Source: Eledone cirrhosa (taxonomy: Eukaryota). From it: a stretch of DNA of 64,000 nt. Position 1 is the stretch's first letter, and every line of letters begins with the position of its first letter. Positions 12,431 to 24,695 of this stretch are shown here, in pieces. Under the pieces are notes generated by a model. That model did no database searches. It was not told the origin of the DNA and saw only the letters and a program-made list of their open reading frames with translations. Location: positions 4,216,001 to 4,280,000 of the forward strand of contig OZ024766.1 of NCBI GenBank assembly GCA_964016885.1. The letters are read 5' to 3'. The position numbers were made by a program, and so were the translations under genes.

Positions 12431-12714
12431 TATATGTAAGTGTGGAGTGTGGGATGAGGTGATCGTGCATGTGTGTAGGGGGGAGATTGGCGAGGTAGGT
12501 TTAGTGGTGGGGTTCTTGTCCCACAGCAGGGCAACACGTCTAACCCATGCTAGCGTGGTAAAATGGACGTTAAACGATGATGATGACACAAACACAAGGT
12601 GACGTACTAAATTACCAGCGGAGACAACTCCATATTAGCTTAGCGTGATTTAAATCTCATGTTAGTTGGATTTAACAGATATATATTTAGGTTTTTCCAA
12701 GCGTGACCATCCCG

Positions 12715-12890
12715 CGGATTGGCAGTATTGGTAGAGGGTCGGATAACATGCTTTGACACATACAGTTACCATTCTGAGTTCAAATTCCGCAGAGGTTGAC
12801 TTTGCCTTTCATCCTTACGGGGTCGATAAAATAAAGTACCAGTAATGTACTAAGGTAATTGCTGGCCTAGTGCTAAAAGTAGAAACAATG
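12715..12890 (+). mobile_element. SINE family 2 (Nin/Deu-domain-like)
   Basis: GAGTTCAAAT B box plus GCCTTTCATCCTTACGGGGTCGATAAAATAAAGTACCAG. Further copies at ~21355-21535, 26845-27025, 29900-29980 (partial), 32835-33000 (-), 57978-58405 and 59995-60175 (-). Confidence 0.8.
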
Positions 12891-13588
12891 TATATATGTG
12901 TGTGTATATATATATATATATATGACTAAACTGCTGAATGTGTTCTCTTATTTTTAAGACAGTAGAGTGTTATTTGGCTGCTATTTCTACCAGGTCGAAC
13001 AACAAGGTAAGAGACTCTCGTTGTTACGTAATAAATATTTTACTGGGTGGCCTTGGTTGTTTTACCAGGGGCTGGATACAACTGACGGGGTGTGTTGATA
13101 TAACTGAAGGTCTTTCTGAATGTATTAAATTATGTCAGGGACTTTGAACGTACGACACCGGTGTCATGCAGAAAAGGGAAACATTGTCAACGACACACGT
13201 ACCTGCCATCTTAATTATATTTTTTGATTAATCTAATTATATCTTGTGTAGCAATTATCTCATGTTAAGGTGAAAGTTAATTTCCTGTAGATAACATAGA
13301 GTGAGCTATATGTTCCAGGGTAGGTGTTCCATCTCCTACATGATTAAATATTTCATTTCATGAGAAACTACGCCACATCGTGAATTGGTTGCTCCACATT
13401 TTACAGCACAGTGAGAAATAGGTTTAAATCACCAACATCTGAACAATTAGCTTCCCTGGTCTTTCTTGACTTTACATTTGGACTTGAAATATAAAGTACG
13501 TATTATTTGTATTGTTACCACAGCAGATATTGTGTACTTTTCTACACTCCGTTGTGAACAATCCGGATTTATTAGAACACAAAGACAC

Positions 13589-13623
<35 letters not shown>

Positions 13624-13806
13624 TAGATAATTTAATATATCTACTAACATAAGCGCACAGATGTACGCTAATGCCAGCAAATACACAGGTTACGTCATAG
13701 TACCTAGGTGGTTCAATGCAGGAGAATGCAGAACAATAATATAAAAGACGTAAAATAAGAAAATTTCTTTAAAAAAAAAAAAAAAAAAAATTAACTTACT
13801 TACTTA

Positions 13807-13859
<53 letters not shown>

Positions 13860-13953
13860 GACACAGCATAACAAAATACACACAACCATTGTTTTACCCT
13901 GACATCAGTCTTACACAGTCTTATCTATTCTGAACTATTCTTCAAGAATTACT

Positions 13954-15855
13954 ATGGAGGACGTTAAACCCTTGGACATTTCTACCACACCTGTTTCTAC
14001 CAATATAGATACAGTTACACAGACATACAGTGGAGAGAAACCTTTACCCAGTGAAACATGTACTGAACAAGGATCATTACACAGAAATATTCTTGAATAT
14101 AGCTGTGAGATTTGTAGGAAAACTTTCCCATCAGAAGATGAATTATCCACACACAAACACAACCATACTAAAGACAAACCCTATCACTGTGAAATATGTG
14201 GGAAATGTTTTGCTTCTAAAAGTCATTTCACTAGACACAAAAGAACACACACTGGAGAGAAACCCTATCATTGTGAAATTTGTGGGAAATCCTTTGTCAC
14301 AAACGGTGACTTGACTACACACAAAAGAGCACACACTGGAGAGAAACCCTTTCGTTGTGAAATATGTGGGAAATGTTTTGCTTCTCAAAGTAATTTATGT
14401 AGACACAAAAGAACACACACTGGAGAGAGACCCTATAATTGTGAAATATGTGAGAAATCGTTTGTTACAACCAGTGACTTAACTACACACAAACGATCAC
14501 ACACTGGAGAGAAACCCTTTCGTTGTGATTTATGTGGAAAAACATTTACTTCTAACAGTAGTTTATCTTCACATAAACGAAGACATGCTGGAGAAAAACC
14601 CCATCATTGTGAAATATGTGGGAAATCTTTTAGCAGGAAAAGTGATTTGATCAAACACAAAAGAATACACACTAGAGAGAAACCCTTCCATTGTGAAATA
14701 TGTGGGAAATCTTTTGCTGACAATTTTAGTGTTGTAGTTCACAAAAGAACTCACACTGGAGAAAAACCTTTCAAATGTGAAATATGTGGGAAATATTTTA
14801 CTCTGAGTTCCAATCTTGTTAGGCATATACGTAGTCACAGTGGGGAAAAACCATTTCAGTGCGAAGTGTGTGGGAAACCTTTCACTGAGAAAGGAAGTCT
14901 TGTTAGACATATACGTAGTCACACCGGAGAGAAACCTTTCCACTGTGAAATATGTGGCAAATCTTTTGCAGAAGCTTCAGGTCTTCTAGTTCATAAACGA
15001 ACACACACTGGAGAGAAACCCTATCACTGTGATATATGTGGGAAATATTTTGTGAAAAGCAGTGATTTAACTATACATAAAAGATCCCACACTGGAGAGA
15101 AACCCTATCACTGTGAAATATGTGGGAAAACGTTTACTTCTAAAAGTAATTTATCTTTACACAAACGAAGACATGCTGGAGAAAGACCCTATCATTGTGA
15201 AATATGTGAGAAATCCTTTGTTACAAACAGTCACTTAACTACGCACAAACGAACACACACTGGAGAGAAACCCTTTCGTTGTGATTTATGTTGGAAAACA
15301 TTTACTTATAACAGTAATTTATCTTTTCACAAACGAAGACATGCTGGAGAAAGACCCTGTCATTGTGAAATATGTGGGAAATCTTTTAGCAGGAACAGTG
15401 ATTTGATCAAACACAAAAGAATACACACTGGAGAGAAACCCTTCCATTGTGAAATATGTGGGAAATCTTTCACTAAAAATTTTAGTGTTGTAGTTCACAA
15501 AAGAACTCACACTGGAGAGAAACCCTTTCACTGTGAAATATGTGGGAAAACGTTTACTTCTAAAAGTAATTTATCTATACACAAACGAAGACATGCTGGC
15601 GAAAGACCCTATCATTGTGAAATATGTGATAAATCCTTTGTTACAAACAGTCACTTAACTACCCATAAACGAACACACACTGGAGAGAAACCCTACGACT
15701 GTGATATATGTGGCAAATATTTTTTGAAAAGCAGTGAATTAACTGCACACAAAAGATGCCACACTGGAGAGAAACCCTATCACTGTGATATATGTGGGAA
15801 ATCTTTTACACAGAATTCTAGTCTCATTGACCACATATGTATACACACAGGATAG
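13954..15855 (+). CDS. C2H2 zinc-finger protein, copy 3 (633 aa, 21 fingers)
   Basis: Intact array; N-terminus MEDVKPLDIS; ends HICIHTG* (TAG). Confidence 0.93.
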   Translation: MEDVKPLDISTTPVSTNIDTVTQTYSGEKPLPSETCTEQGSLHRNILEYSCEICRKTFPSEDELSTHKHNHTKDKPYHCEICGKCFASKSHFTRHKRTHTGEKPYHCEICGKSFVTNGDLTTHKRAHTGEKPFRCEICGKCFASQSNLCRHKRTHTGERPYNCEICEKSFVTTSDLTTHKRSHTGEKPFRCDLCGKTFTSNSSLSSHKRRHAGEKPHHCEICGKSFSRKSDLIKHKRIHTREKPFHCEICGKSFADNFSVVVHKRTHTGEKPFKCEICGKYFTLSSNLVRHIRSHSGEKPFQCEVCGKPFTEKGSLVRHIRSHTGEKPFHCEICGKSFAEASGLLVHKRTHTGEKPYHCDICGKYFVKSSDLTIHKRSHTGEKPYHCEICGKTFTSKSNLSLHKRRHAGERPYHCEICEKSFVTNSHLTTHKRTHTGEKPFRCDLCWKTFTYNSNLSFHKRRHAGERPCHCEICGKSFSRNSDLIKHKRIHTGEKPFHCEICGKSFTKNFSVVVHKRTHTGEKPFHCEICGKTFTSKSNLSIHKRRHAGERPYHCEICDKSFVTNSHLTTHKRTHTGEKPYDCDICGKYFLKSSELTAHKRCHTGEKPYHCDICGKSFTQNSSLIDHICIHTG

Positions 15856-16744
15856 AAACCCTATCATTGTGAAATATGTCGGAAATCGTTTGTCTCTAAA
15901 GGTAATTTATATAAACAAACAAACCCACATCGTTTGGAAATGTGAGACTTTCTTACTGTATCAAATCTAAACCTATTGTCCACAAACCTCATGAATGAAC
16001 CCTTAGAAGTTCTACAGACTCCAAACATTGCTTGTCATTTTTGAAATTATATTTTTTGTTGTAATTAAATTCTTGTTCATATTTATTCCTTGTCTTCTTG
16101 AAGTCATTTTTAATCTATACAAGAATTTTCAGAGGTCTTTCTCAATTTTGCTGACACCAACATTCCTTGTTGTAGTGTTTAATTGAGGGCCCCTCTATCA
16201 CTTGATATAATGCGGTGTGTGTCTTGTTGCAGAAATTCTAGAGGGATCACCAACATTCCCTGTTGTAGTATATTATTAAGGGACCCTCTATCAACTGAGA
16301 TAGTGGTGTGTCTTGTCTTTGTCGGAAATTTTGGAGGGCAACACCAACATTCCCTGCTGTAGTGTCTAATTGAGGGACCCTCTTTCTCATGAGGTAATGC
16401 TGTGTGTGTCTTGTGGCAGAAATTTTAGAGGGATCACCAACATTCCCTGTTGTGTATAATGGAGTAGTTTTTACCAGTTTTTCTTTTTTTTTTATTGATT
16501 TCATTCCTTTGTAAATAATTTATTAATTATTCATAATTAATTAGAAGGGGCTATGTAGCTGGTCCCGATAAAATAGACTCCCAGGTTATGTAGCCGGTAA
16601 GAGTGTCAGACACCATCAGTTAGGGCCCTTTACGGTCTGTTAAGACGATTTGAAATCTTTTCCCCCATCAATTATTAAAAAAACAAGTTAAAATCATTTA
16701 GTTGTCCATTGGTAACGTATGTTACACTTTAGTTACACTTTAGT

Positions 16745-18790
16745 TACACACACATCTACAGGTAAATATATAGATAGAGACAACAGGTGTAAACCTACAT
16801 ATACATACATACACACACACATCTACAGGTAGATATATATATATAGAGACAACAGGTGTTAACCTACATATACATACATACACATCTACAGGTAGATATA
16901 TATATAGAGACAACAGGTGTAAACCTACATATACATACATACACACACATCTACAGGTAGATATATATATAGAGACAACAGGTGTAAACCTACATATACA
17001 TACATACACACACATCTACAGGTAAATATATAGAGACAACAGGTGTAAACCTACATATACATACATACACACACATCTACAGGTAAATATATAGAGACAA
17101 CAGGTGTAAACCTACATATACATACATACACACACATCTACAGGTAGATATATATATATAGAGACAACAGGTGTAAACCTACATATACATACATACACAC
17201 ACATCTACAGGTAGATATATATATATAGAGACAACAGGTGTAAACCTACATATACATACATACACACACATCTACAGGTAGATATATATATATAGAGACA
17301 ACAGGTGTAAACCTACATATACATACACACACACACATCTACAGGTAGATATATATATATAGAGACAACAGGTGTAAACCTACATATACATACATACACA
17401 CACATCTACAGGTAGATATATATATAGAGACAACAGGCGTAAACCTACATATACATACATACACACACATCTACAGGTAGATATATATATAGAGAGACAA
17501 CAGGTGTAAACCTACATATACATACATACACATCTACAGGTAGATATATATATAGAGACAACAGGTGTAAACCTACATATACATACATACACACACATCT
17601 ACAGGTAGATATATATATATAGAGACAACAGGTGTAAACCTACATATACATACATACACACACATCTACAGGTAGATATATATATAGAGACAACAGGTGT
17701 AAACCTACATATACATACATACACACACATCTACAGGTAGATATATATATAGAGACAACAGGTGTAAACCTACATATACATACATACACACACCACATAC
17801 ATCTACAGGTAGATATATATATAGAGACAACAGGTGTAAACCTACATATACATACATACACACACATCTACAGGTAAATATATAGAGACAACAGGTGTAA
17901 ACCTACATATACATACATACACACACATCTACAGGTAAATATATAGAGACAACAGGTGTAAACCTACATATACATACATACACACACATCTACAGGTAGA
18001 TATATATATAGAGACAACAGGTGTAAACCTACATATACATACATACACACATACATACACATTTACAGGTAGATACAGACAACAGGTGTAAACCTACATA
18101 TACATACATACACACACATCTACAGGTAGATATATATATAGAGACAACAGGTGTAAACCTACATATACATACATACACACACATCTACAGGTAGATATAT
18201 ATATATAGAGACAACAGGTGTAAACCTACATATACATACATACACATCTACAGGTAGATATATATATAGAGACAACAGGTGTAAACCTACATATACATAC
18301 ATACACACACATCTACAGGTAAATATATAGAGACAACAGGTGTAAACCTACATATACATACATACACACACATCTACAGGTAGATATATATATAGAGACA
18401 ACAGGTGTAAACCTACATATACATACATACATACATACATACACATTTACAGGTAGATACAGACAACAGGTGTAAACCTACATATACATACATACACACA
18501 CATCTACAGGTAGATATATATATATAGAGAGACAACAGGTGTAAACCTACATATACATACATACATACATACATACACATTTACAGGTAGATACAGACAA
18601 CAGGTGTAAACCTACATATACATACATACACACACATCTACAGGTAGATATATATATATAGAGAGACAACAGGTGTAAACCTACATATACATACATACAC
18701 ACACCACACACATCTACAGGTAAATATATAGATAGCGACAACAGGTGTAAACCTACATATACATACACACACATCTACAGGTAAATACAT
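16745..18790. repeat. ~60-bp minisatellite (~34 copies) with variable internal TA/CA tracts
   Basis: Unit ACACATCTACAGGTAGATATATATAGAGACAACAGGTGTAAACCTACATATACATACAT. Confidence 0.9.
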
Positions 18791-19364
18791 AAACAGATAC
18801 AGTCAACAGAAGTGCATACACACAAAAACGCACCTGCTCACCCTACCCTAGAGACCTACCGCCCTAATCTCCATATTACATACCCACCCACCCCTCTTTT
18901 TTCACGTCTGATGCACCCCATGTAGACCAACATGGAAAGCTAACCACAGTCTCCCACAATGCTGTTGAAATGGCTAAAAGCTCTGTCCTCCCTTGTAAGG
19001 TTGTCATGTTGGTGACACAAAAAATATCCCATGTAAGGTGCTTAGGTTGCAGCCATGACAAAAGCTAACGCCCATCCCACTGTAAAGAAACCTGACTAAT
19101 AAGCAACTGGTCCACCTAGCAGGAGTCGTATTGTTCACATGATATATGTACCCAGTCTAACCCGTGTAAGGTGGTCACGTTGACGCACGACTGAAGTGGC
19201 CGGGTCCACCCTGCTGTGGAGTGGTCGAGACAACAGAGCACCCAGTCTGCCCAGTAATGTGGTCATATTGTGTCATGACATAAAGCACCCAGGCCACACT
19301 GTAAATATGGTTGGCGTTGGGCTAGCTTTTGTCATGGCAACTAACATGAGCATCTTACATGATG

Positions 19365-21130
19365 GACTTGGAGCTTTTGTTGTTGTGTCACCAGCACGAC
19401 AACCTTACAGGGTGGACTAGGAGCGTTTGTTGTGTCACCAGCACGACAACCTTACAGGGTGGACTAGGAGCGTTTGTTGTGTCACCAGCACGACAACCTT
19501 ACAGGGTGGACTTGGGGCTTTTGTTGTGTCACCAGCACGACAACCTTACAGGGTGGACTAGGGGCTTTTGTTTTGTCACCAGCACAACCACCTTACAGGT
19601 TGGACTAGGGGCTTTTGTTTTGTCACCAGCACGACAACCTTACAGGGTGGACTAGGGGCTTTTGTTTTGTCACCAGCACGACAACCTTACAGGGTGGACT
19701 AGGGGCTTTTGTTGTGTCACCAGCACGACAACCTTACAGGGTGGATTTGGGGCTTTTGTTGTTGTGTCACCAGCACGACAACCTTACATGGTGGACTAGG
19801 GGCTTTTGTTTTGTCACCAGCACAACCACCTTACAGGGTGGACTAGGGGCTTTTGTTGTGTCACCAGCACGACAACCTTACAGGTTGGACTTGGGGCTTT
19901 TGTTTTGTCACCAGCACGACCACCTTACAGGTTGGACTTGGGGCTTTTGTTTTGTCACCAGCACGACCACCTTACAGGTTGGACTTGGGGCTTTTGTTGT
20001 GTCACCAGCACGACAACCTTACAGGGTGGACTAAGGGCTTTTGTTTTGTCACCAGCACGACCACCTTACAGGTTGGACTTGGGGCTTTTGTGTGTCACCA
20101 GCACGACAACCTTACAGGTTGGACTTGGGGCTTTTGTTTTGTCACCAGCACGACCACCTTACAGGTTGGACTAGGGGCTTTTGTTTTGTCACCAGCACGA
20201 CAACCTTACAGGGTGGACTAGGGGCTTTTGTTGTGTCACCAGCACGACAACCTTACAGGTTGGACTTGGGGCTTTTGTTTTGTCACCAGCACGACCACCT
20301 TACAGGTTGGACTTGGGGCTTTTGTTTTGTCACCAGCACGACCACCTTACAGGTTGGACTTGGGGCTTTTGTTGTGTCACCAGCACGACAACTTTACAGG
20401 GTGGACTAGGGGCTTTTGTTGTGTCAGTAGCACGACAACCTTACAGGGTGGATTTGGGGCTTTTGTTGTTGTGTCACCAGCACGACAACCTTACAGGGTG
20501 GACTAGGGGCTTTTGTTTTGTCACCAGCACAACCACCTTACAGGTTGGACTTGGGGCTTTTGTTGTGTCACCAGCACGACAACCTTACAGGGTGGACTAG
20601 GGGCTTTTGTTGTGTCACCAGCACGACAACCTTACAGGGTGGACTAGGGGCTTTTGTTGTGTCACCAGCACGACCACCTTACAGGGTGGACTAGGGGCTT
20701 TTGTTGTGTCACCAGCACGACAACCTTACATGGTGGATTTGGGGCTTTTGTTGTGTCACCAGCACGACAACCTTACAGGGTGGACTAGGGGCTTTTGTTG
20801 TGTCACCAGCACGACAACCTTACATGGTGGATTTGGGGCTTTTGTTGTTGTCTCACCAGCACGACCACCTTACAGGGTGGACTAGGGGCTTTTGTTGTGT
20901 CACCAGCACGACCACCTTACAGGGTGGACTAGGGGCTTTTGTTGTGTCACCAGCACGACAACCTTACAGGGTGGACTAGGGGCTTTTGTTGTGTCACCAG
21001 CACGACAACCTTACAGGGTGGACTAGGGGCTTTTGTTGTGTCACCAGCACGACAACCTTACATGGTGGATTTGGGGCTTTTGTTGTGTCACCAGCACGAC
21101 CACCTTATAGGGTGGATTGAGAGCTTTTAG
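19365..21130 (-). repeat. 47-bp minisatellite (~37 copies), a diverged and inverted relative of the 10.1-12.4 kb array
   Basis: Unit TTGTTGTGTCACCAGCACGACAACCTTACAGGGTGGACTAGGGGCTT; its reverse complement aligns to the 10.1-kb unit. Confidence 0.9.
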
Positions 21131-22307
21131 TCATTTCAGCAGAGTTGTGGGAGAGTGTAGTTAGGTTTTCATGTTTGTTAGGAAGGACATCCAGCTATAG
21201 AAACCAAGCTAGAAACTGTTCTGTATGAGGAAGACACGGTCATCTGATCCGACCTGTCTCACAACAAGGCAACACGTCTAACCCATGCTAGCGTGGTAAA
21301 ATGGACGTTAAACAGATATATATTTTAGGTTTTTCCAGGCGTGACCATCCCGTAGATTGGCAGTATCGGTAGAAGGTCGAACACCATGCTTTGACACATG
21401 GAGTTACGGCCGTTGTTATTCTGAGTTCAAATCCCGCCGAGGTCAACTTAGCTTTTCATCTTTACGGGGTCGATAAAATAAAGTACCAGTAATGTCTTAA
21501 GATAATTGCTGGCCTTTTGCTAAAAGTAGAAATAATGTATATATATATATATGTGTGTGTATATATATATATATATATATGTGTGTGTATATATATATAT
21601 ATGACTGAACTGCTGAATGTGTTCTTCCCTTATTCTTAAGACAGTAGAGTGTTATTTGGCTGCTATTTCTACCAGGTCGAACAACAAGGTAAGAGACTCT
21701 CTCGTTGTTACGTATTAATTATTTTACTGGGTGGCCTTGGTTGTTTTACCAGGGTTTGGATACAACTGATGGAGTGTGTTGATATAACTGAAGGTCTTTC
21801 TGAATGTATTAAATTATGTCAGGGACTTTGAACGTACGACACCGGTGTCATGCAGAAAAGGGAAACATTGTCAACGATACACGTACCTGCCATCTTAATT
21901 ATATTTTTTGATTAATCTAATTATATCTTGTGTAGCAATTATCTCATGTTAAAGTGAAAGTTAATATTCTGTAGATAACATAGAGTGAGCTACATGTTCC
22001 AGGGTAGGTGTTCCATCTCCTACATGATTAAATATTTCATTTCATGAGAAACTACGCTACATCGTGAATTGGTTGCTCCACATTTTACAGACAGTGAGAA
22101 ATAGGTTTAAATCACCAACATCTGAACAATTAGCTTTCCTGGTCTTTCTTGACTTTACATTTGGACTTGAAATATAAAGTACGTATTATTTGTATTGTTA
22201 ACACAGCAGATATTGTGTACTTTTCTACACTCCGTGGTGAACAATCCAGATTTGTTAGGACACAAAGACACGCATTTATATATATTGGAAACTGCTTCGT
22301 AGAATCG

Positions 22308-22404
22308 AGACGTATCTGAGGACCTTGCGATTTCAGAGTCCGGTTCTATCATTACATCGATCGTGCCTCGAGCTGGTCGCCAGAGAAACGATTGTAATAT
22401 GTCT
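22308..22404 (+). ncRNA. Type I hammerhead ribozyme fold (sense to ZNF copy 4)
   Basis: Stem I AGACGTAT/ATATGTCT (8 bp, one G-U); CTGAGGA at 22316; extended stem II with a C-A closing mismatch; GAAA at 22385; CGATTG; GUA cleavage triplet; AATAAA follows immediately. Confidence 0.7.
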
Positions 22405-22634
22405 AATAAATTGTATTCGTCGCAACACTGATTCTCCATTTCTTATGTGATATATATATTACAGGACAGTGAGAAATAGGTTTAAATCACCAACATCTGA
22501 ACAATTAGCTTTCCTGGTCTTTCTTGACTTTACATTTGGACTTGAAATTTAAAGTACGTATTATTTGTATTGTTAACACAGCAGATATTGTGTACTTTTC
22601 TACAATCCGTGGTAATCAATCCCGATTTATCAGG

Positions 22635-22699
<65 letters not shown>

Positions 22700-22793
22700 G
22701 ACACAGCATAACAAAATACACACAACCATTGTTTTACCCTGACATCAGTCTTACACAGTCTTATCTATTCTGAACTATTCTTCAAGAATTACT

Positions 22794-24695
22794 ATGGAGG
22801 ATGTTAAACCCTTGGACATTTCTACCACACCTGTTTCTACCAATATAGATACAGTTACACAGACATACAGTGGGGAGAAAGCTTTACCTAGTGAAACATG
22901 TACTGAACAAGGATCATTACACAGAAATATTCCTGAATATAGCTGTCAAATTTGTAGGAAAACTTTCCCATCAGAAGATGAATTATCTGCTCACAAACAC
23001 AACCATACTAAAAACAAACCCTATCACTGTGAAATATGCGGGAAATGTTTTGCTTCTCAAAGGAATTTATGTAGACACAAAAGAACACACACTGGAGAGA
23101 AACCCTATCATTGTGAAATATGTGGGAAATCCTTTGTCACAAACGGTGACTTGACTACACACAAAAGAGTACACACTGGAGAGAAACCGTTCCACTGTGA
23201 AATATGTGGGAAATGTTTTGCTTGTCAAAGTAATTTATGTAGACACAAAAGAACACACAGTGGAGAGAAACCCTATCATTGTGAAATATGTGGGAAATCC
23301 TTTGTTACAAACAATGAATTAACTACACACAAACGATCACACACTGGAGAGAAACCCTTTCGTTGTGATTTATGTGGAAAAACATTTACTTCTAACAGTA
23401 GTTTATCTTTACATAAACGAAGACATGCTGGAGAAAAACCCCATCATTGTGAAATATGTGGGAAATCTTTTAGCATGAACTGTGACTTGATCAAACACGA
23501 AAGAACACACACTGGAGAGAAACCCTACCATTGTGAAATATGTGGGAAATCTTTCGCTGAATTTGGTAGTGTTGTAGTTCACAAAAGAACTCACACTGGA
23601 GAAAAACCTTTCAAATGTGAAATATGTGGGAAATATTTTACTCTGAGTTCCAATCTTGTTAGGCATTTACGTAGTCACAGTGGGGAAAAACCATTTCAGT
23701 GTGAAGTATGTGGAAAACCTTTCACTGAGAAAGCAAATCTTGTTAGACATATACGTAGTCACACCGGAGAGAAACCTTTCCACTGTCAAATATGTGGCAA
23801 ATCTTTTGCTGAAGCTTCAGGTCTTCTAGTTCATAAACGAACACACACTGGAGAGAAACCCTATCACTGTGAAATATGTGGGAAATATTTTGTGAAAAGC
23901 AGTGATTTAACTGCACATAAAAGAACTCACACTGGAGAGAAACCCTATCACTGTGAAATATGTGGGAAAACGTTTACTTCTAAAAGTAATTTATCTTTAC
24001 ACAAACGAAGACATGCTGGAGAAAGACCCTATCATTGTGAAATATGTGAGAAATCCTTTGTTACAAACAGTCACTTAACTACGCACAAACGAACACACAC
24101 TGGAGAGAAACCCTTTCATTGTGATATATGTTGGAAAACATTTACTTATAACAGTAATTTATCTTCACACAAACGAAGACATGCTGGAGAAAGACCTTGT
24201 CATTGTGAAATATGTGGGAAATCTTTTAGCAGGAAGAGTGATTTGATCAAACACAAAAGAATACACACTGGAGAGAAACACTTCCATTGTGAAATATGTG
24301 GGAAATCTTTCACTAAAAATTTTAGTGTTGTAATTCACAAAAGAACTCACACTGGAGAGAAACCCTTTCACTGTGAAATATGTGGGAAAACGTTTACTTC
24401 TAAAAGTAATTTATCTATACACAAACGAAGACATGCTGGCGAAAGACCCTATCATTGTGAAATATGTGAGAAATCCTTTGTTACAAACAGTAATTTAACT
24501 ACGCATAAACGAACACACACTGGAGAGAAACCCTACGAGTGTGATATATGTGGCAAATATTTTTTGAAAAGCAGTGAATTAACTGCACACAAAAGATGCC
24601 ACACTAGAGAGAAACCCTATCACTGTGATATATGTGGGAAATCTTTTACACGGAATTCTAGTCTCATTGACCACATATGTATGCACACAGGATAG
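22794..24695 (+). CDS. C2H2 zinc-finger protein, copy 4 (633 aa, 21 fingers)
   Basis: Intact array, colinear with copy 3; ends HICMHTG* (TAG). Confidence 0.93.
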   Translation: MEDVKPLDISTTPVSTNIDTVTQTYSGEKALPSETCTEQGSLHRNIPEYSCQICRKTFPSEDELSAHKHNHTKNKPYHCEICGKCFASQRNLCRHKRTHTGEKPYHCEICGKSFVTNGDLTTHKRVHTGEKPFHCEICGKCFACQSNLCRHKRTHSGEKPYHCEICGKSFVTNNELTTHKRSHTGEKPFRCDLCGKTFTSNSSLSLHKRRHAGEKPHHCEICGKSFSMNCDLIKHERTHTGEKPYHCEICGKSFAEFGSVVVHKRTHTGEKPFKCEICGKYFTLSSNLVRHLRSHSGEKPFQCEVCGKPFTEKANLVRHIRSHTGEKPFHCQICGKSFAEASGLLVHKRTHTGEKPYHCEICGKYFVKSSDLTAHKRTHTGEKPYHCEICGKTFTSKSNLSLHKRRHAGERPYHCEICEKSFVTNSHLTTHKRTHTGEKPFHCDICWKTFTYNSNLSSHKRRHAGERPCHCEICGKSFSRKSDLIKHKRIHTGEKHFHCEICGKSFTKNFSVVIHKRTHTGEKPFHCEICGKTFTSKSNLSIHKRRHAGERPYHCEICEKSFVTNSNLTTHKRTHTGEKPYECDICGKYFLKSSELTAHKRCHTREKPYHCDICGKSFTRNSSLIDHICMHTG

